Position numbers and translations under genes: made by a program. Source: Lama guanicoe (Eukaryota). From it: a stretch of 64,000 nt of DNA. The number at the start of each line of letters is the position of its first letter. The first letter of the stretch is position 1. The notes under the pieces are model-generated. The model saw only the letters and a program-made list of their open reading frames with translations. It ran no database searches and was not told the DNA's origin. The DNA lies in NCBI GenBank assembly GCA_013239625.1, contig MU054323.1, forward strand, positions 15,008,029-15,072,028, read 5' to 3'. This document shows positions 12,801-25,422 of this stretch, piece by piece.

Positions 12801-14314
12801 TGCATTTATTTAATGTTCATTTTCATCTTTCTAAATATCAAATAATTCCATTATAATATACCTCACAATGCCCTTAATTAAGTTATAAGTTAAATTATAC
12901 AAGTTAAAAAGTGAAAGCCTTATTTTATGAATGTTGAGAATATGGCAACATATAATCAAGTAGAATTTACTGCAATTGTTCAAAGGATTATGGAAAAATC
13001 TTGTTTCTGCCCTCTGATTGCAGTTTTTGAGTGCTGGTGAAAATGGACAGCAAACTTAATATATTATGTTTTATATCTGCCAAATCAGAGGTCATCCTGA
13101 CAGTTACCCCCCCCTTTTTTTTTCAGTCCATGGAGGTCAGCTGAAGAACTGACATGCTTTAATCCTAATCAATGGTTGAATGAAAATACAGAAAGGAAAC
13201 ACTTACCTTCACATAGGGACAGCTTTTTAAAATAAAAAGAGAAAAAAGAGTAATCTTAATCAATTAGAAATAAGCCAAAGGCCAAATGAATTTTAAGTAA
13301 AATAAGTCCTTGGGGATATAAAACCAAATTAAAAAGTTCTTAATGGCACAGAGTTTCTTAGACATACATAGGAAAACAATACTAAGTCATCACTGAGGTA
13401 ATAACAAAATGTCTTCTCTATTAACAGAATTATGCTACACTATAACTGAATAAGGTGACATGGAAACTCACTTCCACATCAATATTCAGGCTAAAAGTAA
13501 TAATATAGAACAATAAGTCCAATCCTTATGTTTATAGAGAAAAAACTCAGGTCAAAAGAAAGAAGGAACTCATTTAAGTCCTCAAAAATAGTTAATAGCC
13601 TATGCAACAAGCATGTTGTTGTCCCAAGATCAAACACTTTAGCTTTTTATTCCTACAAACTTCAATGTTCTCTTCATGCTGGTAATTGGTCCTATAAATG
13701 AATGTCCAATTCAACTACAGTTAAACTCTCTAGATGGGAAAGAATTGGCAAATTCTAGTTATGTAATTTAATCTTCAATACAATTTCAAAAGGAGAAATG
13801 AAGGTTCTAGATCTATGTTTTGAATAAAACATCACTTAAAGTAGAACATGAACAATACAAAAATGAATAATAAAAGTATCATTTTTTTAAAAAGAGAAAG
13901 CAGAATATTTGTGAGGACAATTAGAGGAATTTAAGTTGTAAAATCTAGAGAAGAGACTGCCAAGGGGTGACTGTCCACAATTAAACAACAGATGTAGGCT
14001 ATTATTTCCCATCTTTGTTGAGAAAATATAGTTAGACCAAAGTGAGTACAGATGCAACCAACAAGCAGTTCTTAAGAGTGACTTATTTCTGGCCCATCCC
14101 CTAGGTAGTGAAATAAGAGTTATGGTAGATGAACCCCTAGAGTTTGTGGAGAAATAGAATAACAGTTATCATCTTACTCTTACTTGAAATTTGTTGGTCA
14201 GAGGTCTAGGAGCTAAACCAAGTGACCAATATGATGCAATAATACTGCAAGGTAAGCTGCCCTTCCCAATTTCAGAAATAACATATTGGATTCTTTCAAG
14301 TCAAAGGTTTATGC

Positions 14315-14525
14315 AATGATTAAACACATAGACTCAAGGGTCAGAATGCATGGGTTCAAACCCTGAGCTTCATCACTAGTTATGTAAATTTAGACAAATT
14401 ACTTCAAGGTGCCTTGGGGTTTCTTATAAGTAAAAGGAAGAGATTTTGGTACCCATCCAGGAGGATTTTTTAGTGATTGTTAAGATAGTTCTAAGAATAC
14501 ATACAGTAAATTATTATTATCATTA
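14315..14525 (+). mobile_element. MIR SINE
   Basis: 'tgggttcaaaccctgagctttcatcactagttatgtaaatttagacaaattactt', with B-box-like GGTTCAAA and a 'ttattattatcattat' tail. Confidence 0.7.
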
Positions 14526-15179
14526 TCTCCCAAATATCTGAACTCATGGCATCTGACAGAACCTAACATTATTTTTAAGGTAATTACTGGAAACATCAAG
14601 ATGAAAATACTTTATTTAAAATTATCTATTAAGGGGGGAAAATGTAGCTAAATATTTCTTACAGTTTAGAATGCATGCAAATACCACATCAAATGGGCAG
14701 TGGGGAATACTCTGACTAAATTCTAACCAAGAGACTACTAAATTAGTGAATTTTTGAACCTCACAACTGGCATTTGTTTGCTCTGAATAATGTTAGGCTC
14801 TATTGACCTGAACTGGAAAGGCAGTTTTCTGGTCACTTTTATTAGAAACCATGAGGCCAGACCATACCTATCTAAATATAAAGCTGTACAAATATTCATA
14901 ATGTATACTCTCAAAGTATAACTTGTTTCCAAATAGTTGGCTGCCAAATGAACTCTTGGTTGAAACAATGGAAAAAGTACAAAGAATCCAGAATGTAGAC
15001 ACAAACAAGAGAACATCCAATAAAATGGCTTGGTAGCTAAATTCATAGTAATGAAATGTGGAAGTCTTAGATTTATTTATGGCAAGAATCTCAGTCAAGA
15101 CTTTAGTCCATAAGTATAGTGTGTAACTACAGAGCAAGAAAAGGAGATAGCAGAGTCTTAGCTAATAAAATATCCCATA

Positions 15180-15793
15180 CAGTCAGGTCTGTGATAATAA
15201 GAGATATGTGTTCCTGAAAACTGCTTTGTTCTGCAAAATTTTACCATAAAACCATAGGGCTTATGCAAAAGAAAAAAAAATGAGGCTAGAGGCACAGCAC
15301 TAAAAAGCTTCATCAGTGAAACACTGGGGGGAAAAAAGATAGGAATATAATGAATCTGGACAGAAAAGTTTTACACATGTTAAACAGCTTAACAATACAT
15401 AAATACACAGGGCATTTTACCTTGAAAGAGACTTGAAGTTGTCTTGTGTATGGGGACAACAGAGAGGCTGCAGCTTTTAAGTTATTGTGAAGAGGTAGAA
15501 AGAACAGAACAGAAATCTCAGGGAAAGTTGAAGTACCAGATCCAGTCAGCTGTGGTTTCTAACACGCTTATGTTAAGGCAACTGGAACTGTGTGTGTTTG
15601 TGTGTGTGTGTGCGCGTGCATTTTGTGTATTCTTATCTGAATCAGTTCTGCTGGGAACAGTTTTCTGCATTCATCTAGTATTTCTCACAGATAATATCAC
15701 ACACAAGCAAATGCAAAATTCACGTTATGCTAAAAGTGTTCCCTAAAATATCAATTGCCTGGAAACAAACCAGTTTTCAAAACAGGGGATATG
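15180..15793 (+). mobile_element. TcMar-Tigger non-autonomous DNA transposon (MER82-like)
   Basis: Starts TA|CAGTCAG, then 'tatgtgttcctgaaaa...ccatagggcttatg'. Ends 'caaatgcaaaattcacgttatgct...gttttcaaaaca'. About 610 bp. Confidence 0.75.
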
Positions 15794-15954
15794 TATATGT
15801 ACATGAGATCTTCATCACTGAGATCCAGACTTTGAGACTGGGTATAAGATTCCCAGCAAAAATAAAATAATTAACACTGAATTTTCCAGGATTAAGTAAG
15901 TTTTAAATAAATTAACCTTTTTAAAATAGAATCATTACCACCTGGAAAAAATCC

Positions 15955-16008
15955 TTTTTTTTTTTTTGGCTTTTTTTTTTTTTTTTTTTTTTTTTTATTT
16001 TTTATTTT
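15955..16008 (+). repeat. Interrupted poly-T tract
   Basis: About 50 nt, almost entirely T. Confidence 0.9.
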
Positions 16009-16369
16009 GATGATGAATGCGACCATTTCCCAATATATCTCCAAATTACAGCTCTTCTATTCTTTTTTCTTAACATGACCTTCCCTCCTCCCTGTTCATC
16101 ACCTTGAATTTTTTTAAAAATGCCTTTCAGCCTAACATTCTTGATTTTCTTTCTTCTAGAAAGAATATTAACTTTAAGTGTACAAATGAAAAAGAATTTT
16201 AAATAGTATCTTGAAATAAATAGGGGAGGTTTTGGGAATGGTAAAAGTTATAGGTGGTATTTGAATTATTTCTCAAGCTGCATTTCTGCTCTTGTGAAGA
16301 CTCATTTGTAAGACATGTACACTTGTTTTTAATCCTTTAAAAAATCTGGTTGCAAACTGAATGATATCA

Positions 16370-17808
16370 AGAGGCTGAACCACCCACCTATCTTTCCTCC
16401 ATGTGCTTCTTTATACCAGGGAGAGGACCTTCAACTAACATAGAAATAAGAACATTCCTATGTTCTAGATTTAGAGCTATGTGTCTTTGAAATGTTTTAG
16501 CAAATATTTCCACAAAGGTTTCAGAATCTTTTCTTTCCCTCTGGGTATAAAGTTTCATTTTAGCTTAGGGTAGAAGACCTTAAAAAAAAAAAGGTCCTAT
16601 CAGGCTTCCAATTCAATTAATGGCCATAGAGCTACTCTTCAAAAAATTCTTTCAAATATCTTGTCAGGTTTCAGTAAGGACAAACAGTAAATTTTCTTGC
16701 CAGTATTGAACAACCCCAAGGATACAAGAGGTGTCCCCAAAGAGGGTACAAAGCATACTAGGATACCCTCCCAAGATTTAGAGCCCCTACCAAAGATAAC
16801 TCTGCCTGAAAACTGGCAACAGTTACAAGATCCTAGCTGCAAATGGAGTGCAACCCACATTTCTGTTTGGCCATATTTTGGGGGCCCCCAACCTGATGGT
16901 GGCCACGCCAAGTTCCCATAAAGAGGCACAATGTCACATAATGAGACAAACAAGAAAGCAACAGCTGTCCTTAGGAGAGAAACATTCCACAACCACTGGG
17001 TACCTGAAAGCAAATGAATGAGTCACAATTCAATGATCTAATTCATACAAAAAAAAAAACTTTTTTTTTTTTTTGGCCTGCCAATCTGAACTTGGAAAGG
17101 AAAGAACAATGTGAAATTTTACTTTCCTCTCTTTACCAGACACCACAGATGGAGATCTGGGAGAGCTGACTTTGGTAAGAACCTCACCCCTTGCCAGCTT
17201 CTGCCAATTTTTCCAGGATCCTGTCTTCAGGCTCTAGAGTAAGTGGGGTGTCCCAGTAGATTTCATCCTGGTCAGGAGACACTGCAGAGGAAAAATGATT
17301 TTCCCTCTACCCTTTATAGTGAGTGCTTGGCTAAGACCTCTTTTTCTCTAGGGCATTGTGTAAATAAAAAGGCTTATGTAGGTTAAAAATTCTCCACTGT
17401 AATTCAAGGCTATCTTTGGTAAGATTAACCTGCTTATTCAGCCTCAAATTTTTATTCACCTGTGGCCTTACACAGGCCCCAGTCCAGTGTAAGTCAGACC
17501 CAGTCCACCTGGACCCACTACAGTTTTCAAGTTGGACCCAGTCCAACCTTGAACCCAGTCTGTTTTTTTTTTTTAAGTCCAACAGAATTCAACTTCAGTT
17601 GGTATTCCAGACCCAGTCCAAGGGGGGGAAAAAAGAGCTCAAATAAAGTCTGAAAGTTCATAACACAAAAGCTGTAGAGGTGGGATCCCAGAGGGACCAC
17701 TTCCAGAGGCAGACAGAAAGCAGTGAGCTCAAGGGGCTAATTAGGTACCTTCCCTGATTGCTTGCGGCTCCTGGAGACCATCAGGGGTCTCCTTTCTGAC
17801 AACAGAAC
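16370..17808 (-). mobile_element. ERV1-class internal (leader) remnant with tRNA-Leu-like primer binding site
   Basis: Directly after the LTR end the minus strand reads TGTTGTCAGAAAGGAGA, approximating TGGTGTCAGAAGTGGGA (complement of a tRNA-Leu 3' end). Contains degenerate GACCCAGTCCA repeats. No gag/pol ORF is recognisable. Left boundary uncertain. Confidence 0.6.
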
Positions 17809-18190
17809 TGTTAGAAGATACACTGAGGCATATTAAAAATTTTAAGAGTTTATTTGAGCAAAAATCAATTCACATAAGACAGTATCTAATCTAGCAGATA
17901 GAAAGGCGCTCTGAAGAGCTGTAAATGAAAGATTGTTACACGCAGAAGAGAGCAAAAACAAGGAAGTCGTGCTAGGCAAAAGCTGGGCTGGTTACTGCAG
18001 ATACTTTCCTTTACGGAATGGCAGGGGTCTGTCAGGCAGGTTACCTAACTGGTGCTGATCAGACGATTCCTAATTGACTGGCTTAAGATTCCATTTTTGG
18101 GAGAGCCAAAACCATAATTAAGTCTGTGTTTGGTGATGTGGGGACTTCGCATAAGTGCCTATTTGGGGCCTGTTGTCTTGTTTCTTGTTT
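17809..18190 (-). mobile_element. ERV1 (MER4-group-like) 5' LTR, antisense
   Basis: Terminal TG at 17809 (CA on the minus strand), minus-strand AATAAA ('gagtttatttgagc') and adjacent PBS. The other end abuts a SINE. Confidence 0.7.
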
Positions 18191-18206
18191 TCTGGGGAGG
18201 AGGGGA

Positions 18207-18294
18207 TTTTTTTTTTCATAGAGGTACTGGGGATTTAACCCAGGACCTCATGCATGGTGAGCAGGCACTCTACCTTTTAAACTATACCCTCCCC
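18207..18294 (-). mobile_element. tRNA-derived SINE (camelid Vic-1-like)
   Basis: Minus strand 'ggggagggtatagtttaaaaggtagagtgcctgctcaccatgcatgaggtcctgggttaaatccccagtacctc' plus A tail. Similar to the copies at 25140 and 52123. Confidence 0.88.
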
Positions 18295-18299
18295 TTCTA

Positions 18300-19060
18300 A
18301 GCAAGCATTTTCAGTTTTGTTAGTTTCACTGATATGTATCAGATGGACCAAAATTTTATGAATGTGCCTATTTCCTAAATTTTCAACAACCCCTCATATT
18401 GTTGATTTTTATCATTTGGATTATCTAATGGATATGAGTGAAAATGATACTGCATTCTTGGTTTCATTTGAAGTGCTCATATTAATAATAAAATTTAGCA
18501 TTTTTTCATACATTTATTAACCATTTCTTTAACTATTAACTATTTCTTTTTTAAATAGTCCATTCACATTTTTTCCTACTTCTCCACTAAGTTGATATTT
18601 TTACAAAAGAATTTGTAAGACTTTTAAAATTAATATATAAACCTCTGTCTATCATAGATCTTATATATAATTGTCCTGGTTTTTCACTTCACTTTTATGC
18701 TTTTTAATGGAGCTTTTCATAATGGAGAATTTCCTAATTTTTATGTTTTAAATTTTGTCCATGATAAACTTTATGCCCTCTTGGCTTGGAAAAATTTTAT
18801 ACACCAGTAAGTTTCAAAATTTTCACTACTCTGATAGTTTATAGCTTTCTCATTGATATATTCAATCTATCTGATTTTTCTTTTCATACATAGAAATGAG
18901 GGCAAGACCTAACCTTTTCTTTAGGAAGTATAAAAGATTGCTCTTACACTCTTTGAAATGCCACTTTTATATGTGCCACTAAATTTCCATGTACCTAAAT
19001 ATGTATTTCTGCATTATATATGCTGTTTTACTAATATATGGTAAACATACATTAATTATT
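18300..19060 (-). mobile_element. Old L1 (L1ME-like) ORF2 3' fragment, antisense
   Basis: 'gcattttttcatacatttattaaccattt' and 'gtgaaaatgatactgcattcttggtttcatttg', typical of the L1 reverse strand. Confidence 0.65.
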
Positions 19061-19339
19061 TTAAATATTAGCAAATTAAATTTAATATTTTATTAAAAGC
19101 AAAATGTATCAAGATTAAGCTGAATGCCAGGATGTACACTGTTTTCTCTTTCTTGTGTTTGTTTGTTTGCATTTTTCTTTTCTCTATTTCTTATGTTAAC
19201 TAGATTGACGAGTTTTTTTCTTTTTTTTGGTTTGATGTTTTAGAGGATCACATTTCTGGTAGCATTAGTTATGCTTAAAAATGTATTTGTACATATTTTC
19301 CTATGAACTTTGAGAATTAATAAATAACTGCAAGTATTC

Positions 19340-19729
19340 CTTGAATGAGGCAAACATTTAGCATATTTAATTTCTCCTTTCTTTCCCAATTGGCTGAAAA
19401 CTACATTTCTCAACCTTGCTTGCAGCTACATATGACATGCAACTAAGTTCTGGGGTTCTGGCCACTGGGTTGGGAGTGGAAGCATTCTATGGCAACTTTC
19501 TGGTACCTTCTTAAGGAAATAGGCACTCGTTCTTTGGAACTTCTCTTTATTACTTTCTCCATCCTACTGCCTGGGATGTGGGTATCAATGGCCCACATTC
19601 TGAACAGGATGAGAGCCTGGGATGGCCTCCCTGTGGACTTCAACATGATCAAGAAAAAGCTTACATTTTTTAAAGCCACAATTATTTTTGTTCTCTTACT
19701 TGCAATTAAGGTTAATCATAACTGATACA
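19340..19729 (+). mobile_element. MaLR LTR (MLT1-like)
   Basis: 'actacatttctcaaccttgcttgcagcta...actaagttctgg', ending 'taactgataca'. Confidence 0.7.
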
Positions 19730-19813
19730 GACTTCCTGGATAAATCCAATTTCTGTTTTTTCTCACATTTAATGTATTTTCATCCTTTTACCACATTTTA
19801 TAAGAATCACATG

Positions 19814-20086
19814 AGACAGGGGATGGAAATGGGGTAGATGAAAAGTCAAAAAGCACAAATCTTTCGTTGTAAGAAAAATCGGTTGAGGATCACACACACA
19901 TACACACACAGCCCCCATCACAGAAAGGGTTAACTATGTGAGGTGACGGATGTGTTAATTATCTTGATTTTGATAATCATTCTACAATCATATATATAAA
20001 ATTATATATGTATATCAAACCATTACATTGCACATTTTAAATATATACAATTGTTACTTGTCAGTTATTACTTAAAGTTAAAATAA
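19814..20086 (+). mobile_element. 5'-truncated L1 3' end (L1MA-like)
   Basis: 'taactatgtgaggtgacggatgtgttaattatcttgattttgataatcatt'. Flanked by imperfect gaatcac(a/c)tg repeats near 19804 and 20088. Confidence 0.8.
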
Positions 20087-20734
20087 TGAATCACCTGGCT
20101 GAATCTTCCATTTATTAAGTAATTTAGTTTCAGCTGCACCATTTCTCCTATCTAACCCCTTTATGTTTACTTTTTTATTTCGTTATATGTTTTTTAATTT
20201 CCAAGACTTCAAATTTGCTTTTTCACTGAAGTCTGTTATTTTATTCTCTCCTAGAGTACACTAACAATAAATATTTTTAAATTTTCTTCTTTTCCTGTGT
20301 TGATTTGTGTGTGTGATTATTTCCTTATTTTGTTGAATTTTCTATCTTTCTCTTAGGTTTCCTTACATGCCTGGTAACTCTTAATGTATGTTCCAATTTT
20401 TAGATTAGTAGCTAGGAAACACTGAAAAAGCCAAGTAAGGGGGGGGAAAAAAAAGTTCTGATAGAGGAGTCCTATCTCCAGAGGCTATACAGTGAAGTAA
20501 GAAGCAGAACTTTTGGCTGGCTTAGCATTTTGTAAGTGAATGAAAATATTTTGTGTGCTGGGAAGGGGAGGCACCCATTCTTCATGGTAAATATATGTTA
20601 TCTGGAAGCTTTCTCCATACCAACTCCATAACTCTTGTAATCTCTTGTGAGAATGTCTAAATTAGAATGTCTTATTCATGCCTCTACCACCCTACTCTGA
20701 GGCCAAAATTAAGAAAGGGTGGGAAGGATCAATA

Positions 20735-21200
20735 AATGGACACTTGTCATTTGTTTTGCCTCACCCAGCATCTGAACCTCTTTCTATGTCGGAAGTTTCC
20801 ATCCAGTGAGTCTTGCCCAGGCAAAGAACGCATTCCTCTATAAAATCTGAGACTCTAGTGATCTGCTTTTCTAGGTACCTGACCTAGGCTCTGCCAATCA
20901 AAATGTATCTATGCCAGACTTGATGCCCTGAAAGCAAAAACCTGTGCTCATGCCTGCAAAATGAGTGTCCCGGAACAGAAGTGGCTCAATGGCAAATCAC
21001 TGTAATGCCACCTGAATGAAGTAACAGAAATTCCATTATAAGGCCACTTCCACTTCTGTGGCCTAATTTGGTTGTTGCTCCTAGCAGCCCAGCCATAGCC
21101 TAATTTTCCAGCCTTCCTGCAATTGTGTGAGCCACCCAAACCCTTATCTGCTTCACCCAGAGTATGCATTCTTTGCTTACATTTAAGCACCTGATTAATA
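20735..21200 (+). mobile_element. ERVL LTR (LTR33-like)
   Basis: 'cttgtcatttgttttgcctcacccagcatctgaacc', 'gacctaggctctgccaatca', 'ttgtgtgagccaccc'. Confidence 0.65.
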
Positions 21201-22709
21201 CAATTGGCACGACTATGTCACAGCACTTTAATTAATTACCAAGCAGACTTCATATGACCTCCTTCTCTAAAACTACTGCTAGAGAAAAAGTAGTAAAAAA
21301 AAAAAAAGCATCACTGTTCTGGTTTTTTGATGGTTCTAGTCCAGTTTTCTAAATTCCTTTGTATCCCATTTTCTTTTCTGTATGTTTTAGTGAGGTCTGG
21401 GCTGGCAGGAAAAGTAGGTCATATATTTAGGAAAGCCATATTGAACTGAAAGTTAACTTTTCAACACTGGCTTCCTCCATTTTTAATAATTGCTATATAT
21501 TTTACATGTATATATATGTTATAGTGTATATATCTGTGGATGTGCATGTTTGTGTGATCTAGATGTCATGTGCAGAGTTTCTAACTTAATGGTGATATTA
21601 GGACACAAGCAGGGACTTGGTACCACATCTTATTGCACTCACACAACTATTTCTCATCATGATCAATGTAGTTGGGATGCATTCAACTTACATTCATTGT
21701 GAATCACCAAAGCAAACATTCCATCTCAACTTACACCACAAAGCTCCCACAGGCTTTCAACTGAAATAATATACTGCGTGTTTATTCTCTCTTTTTGTGT
21801 TTGCCTAAATACCTGTTTGAGATGAAATCACGAAGTTTATGATGGTGTCATTTACCACAGTAAATTTGACATTTCCTGAATATCAGGCCAACCCTTAAAA
21901 TTATTACCTAGCTTTATGAAGCACTGTGGTCCATGTAATTTTTGGAATCATGTGCTACTAAAAAGTTTGAAAAAAAATGTTTTGTAAACGGGACCCTACT
22001 TTGAATCTAGCTAAGTCCACTTTCAGTGGATTTACTTAAAGCTAGTAAAAAGAATCTACACTTGCTAATGCAAAGTTGTCAACACATAGCAGATGACCAA
22101 TCATAATTCTTGTGTGATTGATGATTTTCCTCTCCTATTCCCCTCAACACACACATACCCTTCTAATTTATCTGTTTTGTTTTTAATTTTCAATGCTTGT
22201 ACTGGGTTTTCCTAAGATAGGGCACACCTACATATATCTCTAAGAGCTTAGTTTTCCAGCTGCCTCCACATCACGTCCCCCAACACTGCCTTAAAGGCAT
22301 TCTCTGTTTCTGTTTCCTTTACTTCTGCTGGATTTCTTCTGATGAACTAACATTTCTCAGGCACTTTTTTCAATTTACTTTAAACTTCTGACTCTACTGT
22401 CTGAATTTTCCTGCTTTTCTTTAAACTTAAGTCAGGCTGTTCAGCACCACTTACTGAATGCCTGCTGTGAAAAGATACAAAAGGAATCAAGGTAAAATTT
22501 TCTTTCCTTGAAGAAGGTACAATCTACTGGGTGAGAACATACATTCCCATTAAAAGAGTTTAAAACATCCCAAAGTAGCCTGAAATAGGCATGTATTAAT
22601 TTAGTATAGCCCTTATATGAATTCTGAAAGAATGCAATGCTGTTTAGTACCAAGCCAGACTGATTAATAAATGCTTTTTGGATCTCAGTTTTGAGTCTCA
22701 AGCCTTTCA

Positions 22710-23405
22710 GCTATTATGCCTCCTTTTATAAGACACATTTTGTGATAGCCCTTTACTATCCTAAAATGAAATTAACAGGTGATAAAATCTACCACTACAC
22801 ACAATTTCAAAGAAATTAACAGAATGCCTTATCTGCAACATAAGGGAGAATAAAGCAAAACTAATTTATAATCAAATAATATATATTTCAAAATATAAAA
22901 TCAAGCACATACACACTAGCAGACAAAATGAGGTAGAGTCAGATGCTGGTTCTATAGGTGACAACTACAAATGTGTTTATGACTGGAGTATCAGGAGAGA
23001 CATGGCTGTTAGAGGTGAGATTTTCCAAAGTGGCGACCCACTCTTGGTCAAGTTCTAAAGGAAAACAAATCTTCTCTTGGTTTATTCTGTGGGGTATACT
23101 CATGTAAAATTTTAATGTATATTAGAACTGTACAAAAACACTTTGTTTCCTCTATGTAAAAGAGTACAATTCTGGCCTCAAATAATTAGAAACAGGCTTT
23201 CCATTTACATGAATAATCAGCGGCTATTCAAATATGGTGAGATATTGGGAATGATACTTTATTGTACAAGATTGTCCTCATACTGAAGGGTGTCTAATAT
23301 CCTCCTGTTCATCACTCAGTCCAATCATGCGACAACTTAAAAGTGTCTCCACATGTTTGCCAAAGCATCCCCTGGGGATGGTACTACTTTTGTTGAGAAT
23401 AACAG
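22710..23405. mobile_element. hAT-Charlie-type DNA transposon fossil (MER20B-like end)
   Basis: Ends 'gtgtctccacatgtttgccaaagcatcccctgggg...gttgagaataac'. Left boundary uncertain. Confidence 0.45.
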
Positions 23406-23539
23406 GAAGTAGAAAGAGGACAGATCTTCAATGAGAAAAGGGCCAAGCATTTCAGTGCCTTCTTTGTTCCATTCCATTGGTTCCTAAACCTTATTTCTGC
23501 CACAACCATATGGAGAAACTTCTAATTTATGTAGTTAAT

Positions 23540-23785
23540 ACACACTTAACACACCACACTTCGGTAGTGCTCACTACACCTGAAACTTATAAACACTTTC
23601 CAAATATTACCTCATTTAACTACTTAATAACCCTTTAATGTAGGCACTATTACTACAGATTACAGATTAGGAAACTGGGGCGTCAAGAGCTAAGTGATTT
23701 ACCCAGGTCACACAGCTTAAGAAATACAGAGGCCAAGATTCAAATATATGGGCGTTTTGGTTTTAGGGTAACTGGAAACACTATG
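23540..23785 (-). mobile_element. MIR SINE
   Basis: 'cctcatttaac...acagattaggaaactgggg...taagtgatttacccaggtcacacagct...gattcaaat'. Confidence 0.8.
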
Positions 23786-23789
23786 CTAT

Positions 23790-23930
23790 GCAGTAGACAT
23801 AATCCCATCCTCCACGATTCTGATTCAGTCAATCTGGGATAACAGCAGAGAAACCAGTAAGTATCTGAAGAAGACGTCCCCATATAGTGAGAAGAGCAGA
23901 AGGGCACTGACTGGTACTTGGAAACCACAG
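23790..23930. mobile_element. hAT-Charlie MITE fragment (MER5-like)
   Basis: 'gattctgattcagtcaatctggg...ttggaaaccac'. Confidence 0.55.
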
Positions 23931-25002
23931 CACTATACCACAGCTCAACTGGAAGTGACAGGAAGGAGACACATGGTTAGAGTCTCTGGGTTAGAAGATA
24001 CTGAAAAAGTAAGGAAGAACAGTTCATGGAGGACTATTCATGTGGAACCTTGGAAGCCAAGGCTAAAACACGTAACTTTTAGAAAATGGTCAGTAGGGAG
24101 CTATGTATTGTTCTACAGAATAAAATATATTAAAAACACAGCATCAGAGGAAGAGTATAAATAGCATCAATAAACATAAAAATGCTCTAAATATAACACA
24201 TTCAGCAACATGTAAAGATAATAAATCTAAAGCTCGAAAAAGCACATTAGTTTATACGCATTGATGGGGGGAAAAAGCTATATCATCTAACCAGCTCTCG
24301 AACAGCTTTTAATTAAGGCTTACAAACCAGTTAGTTAAGGACTGCTGTCACTGTGTTGCAGGCAGTTCTTCATATAATTATGCTAGTCCCATATTAGCAG
24401 ATACTCTCTATTAAAGAGGGGCAAGATGATCAGATTTTTAATCAAATAAGCCACATTTTACCATGTTATCCTCAAACACATTTTGGAAGTTTTATCAAGT
24501 AATCTGTTGAAATGTGCATAGAGTATATTTTTTCACCTCTCCTAGATTTAGTATCAAAAATGACTGATGGTGACTTTAAAAATATAGGAATTTTAATAAA
24601 GTACTGCTGGATGCTCTTTTACTAATTTCTTACCTATGACAAGCCATAATAAAACAAAAAAGGCTGTTCCATCTATTGTGATTCCCTGCATTCATGATGA
24701 CTAGTGATAATAAACTACATTACCTAGGAGTCATGAAAAATTAGGTCCAGGCTCATGCTCCCATTAGACACACTGCATTCACCAAATCACTCAAGCTTCT
24801 GTGCCTACTTCATAAATTAGAGATTAGAATTTCTAATTCATATTTGTCAGTAGGTTGCTATAAAAACCAAATTAAATAGTGTGTATCAAACATGTTGAAC
24901 CCTGCACAAAGGCAGTACAGTGGGAATATCACTGGACTGGAAATTAGGGGATCTAGTCAATCAGTAGTTAGTTTTCTACCTTGAAATGAGAAGGCTGATC
25001 TA

Positions 25003-25422
25003 GAGCAGCGATCTTTAATAGAAATGTCATAGGCACCATGTATGTAACTGTAAATTGTCTAGAGTCCACACAAAAAGGAAAAGGTAAAATTAATTTTAAT
25101 ACAATTTATTTGACCTAATGTATCCAAAATATTACGTCAGGGGGAGGGTATAGCTCAATGGTAGAGTGTGAGCTCCATTAAATAAATAACCTAATTACCT
25201 CTCAACCCTAAAAAAATAAATTCAAAAATGTAAAGATAAATAAAATAAAATATACCATGTCAATACACAATCAATATAAAAATTATTGAGATATTTTCGA
25301 TATTTCTTCATGCCAAATCTTTGATATGTATTTCACACCTAGAGCACATTTCAGTTTGGATTAGTCACATTTCAAGTGCTTGACAGTCACAGGTGGTAGT
25401 GGTTACTGTACTGGGCAGCACA
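25003..25422. mobile_element. hAT-Charlie MITE (MER33-like), split by a SINE
   Basis: 'ttaattttaatacaatttatttgacctaatgtatccaaaatatt' ... 'gcacatttcagtttggattagtcacatttcaagtgct...ctgtactgggcagcacag'. Confidence 0.8.
25140..25249 (+). mobile_element. tRNA-derived SINE (Vic-1-like), internally deleted
   Basis: 'gggggagggtatagctcaatggtagagtg' head joined directly to 'ctccattaaataaataacctaattacctc' and an A-rich tail. Imperfect TSD aaaatat..(c/t)gtca. Confidence 0.85.

Noticed and set aside
17475..17625. CRISPR-like array
   Set aside because: Repeats are only 9-11 bp, degenerate and irregularly spaced, in eukaryotic ERV context with no cas genes.
22449..22486. Minus-strand 7/10-nt microexon-like signal
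   Set aside because: It overlaps sequence resembling an old L1/L2/MIR end ('cacttactgaatgcctgctgtg'), so it is likely coincidental.
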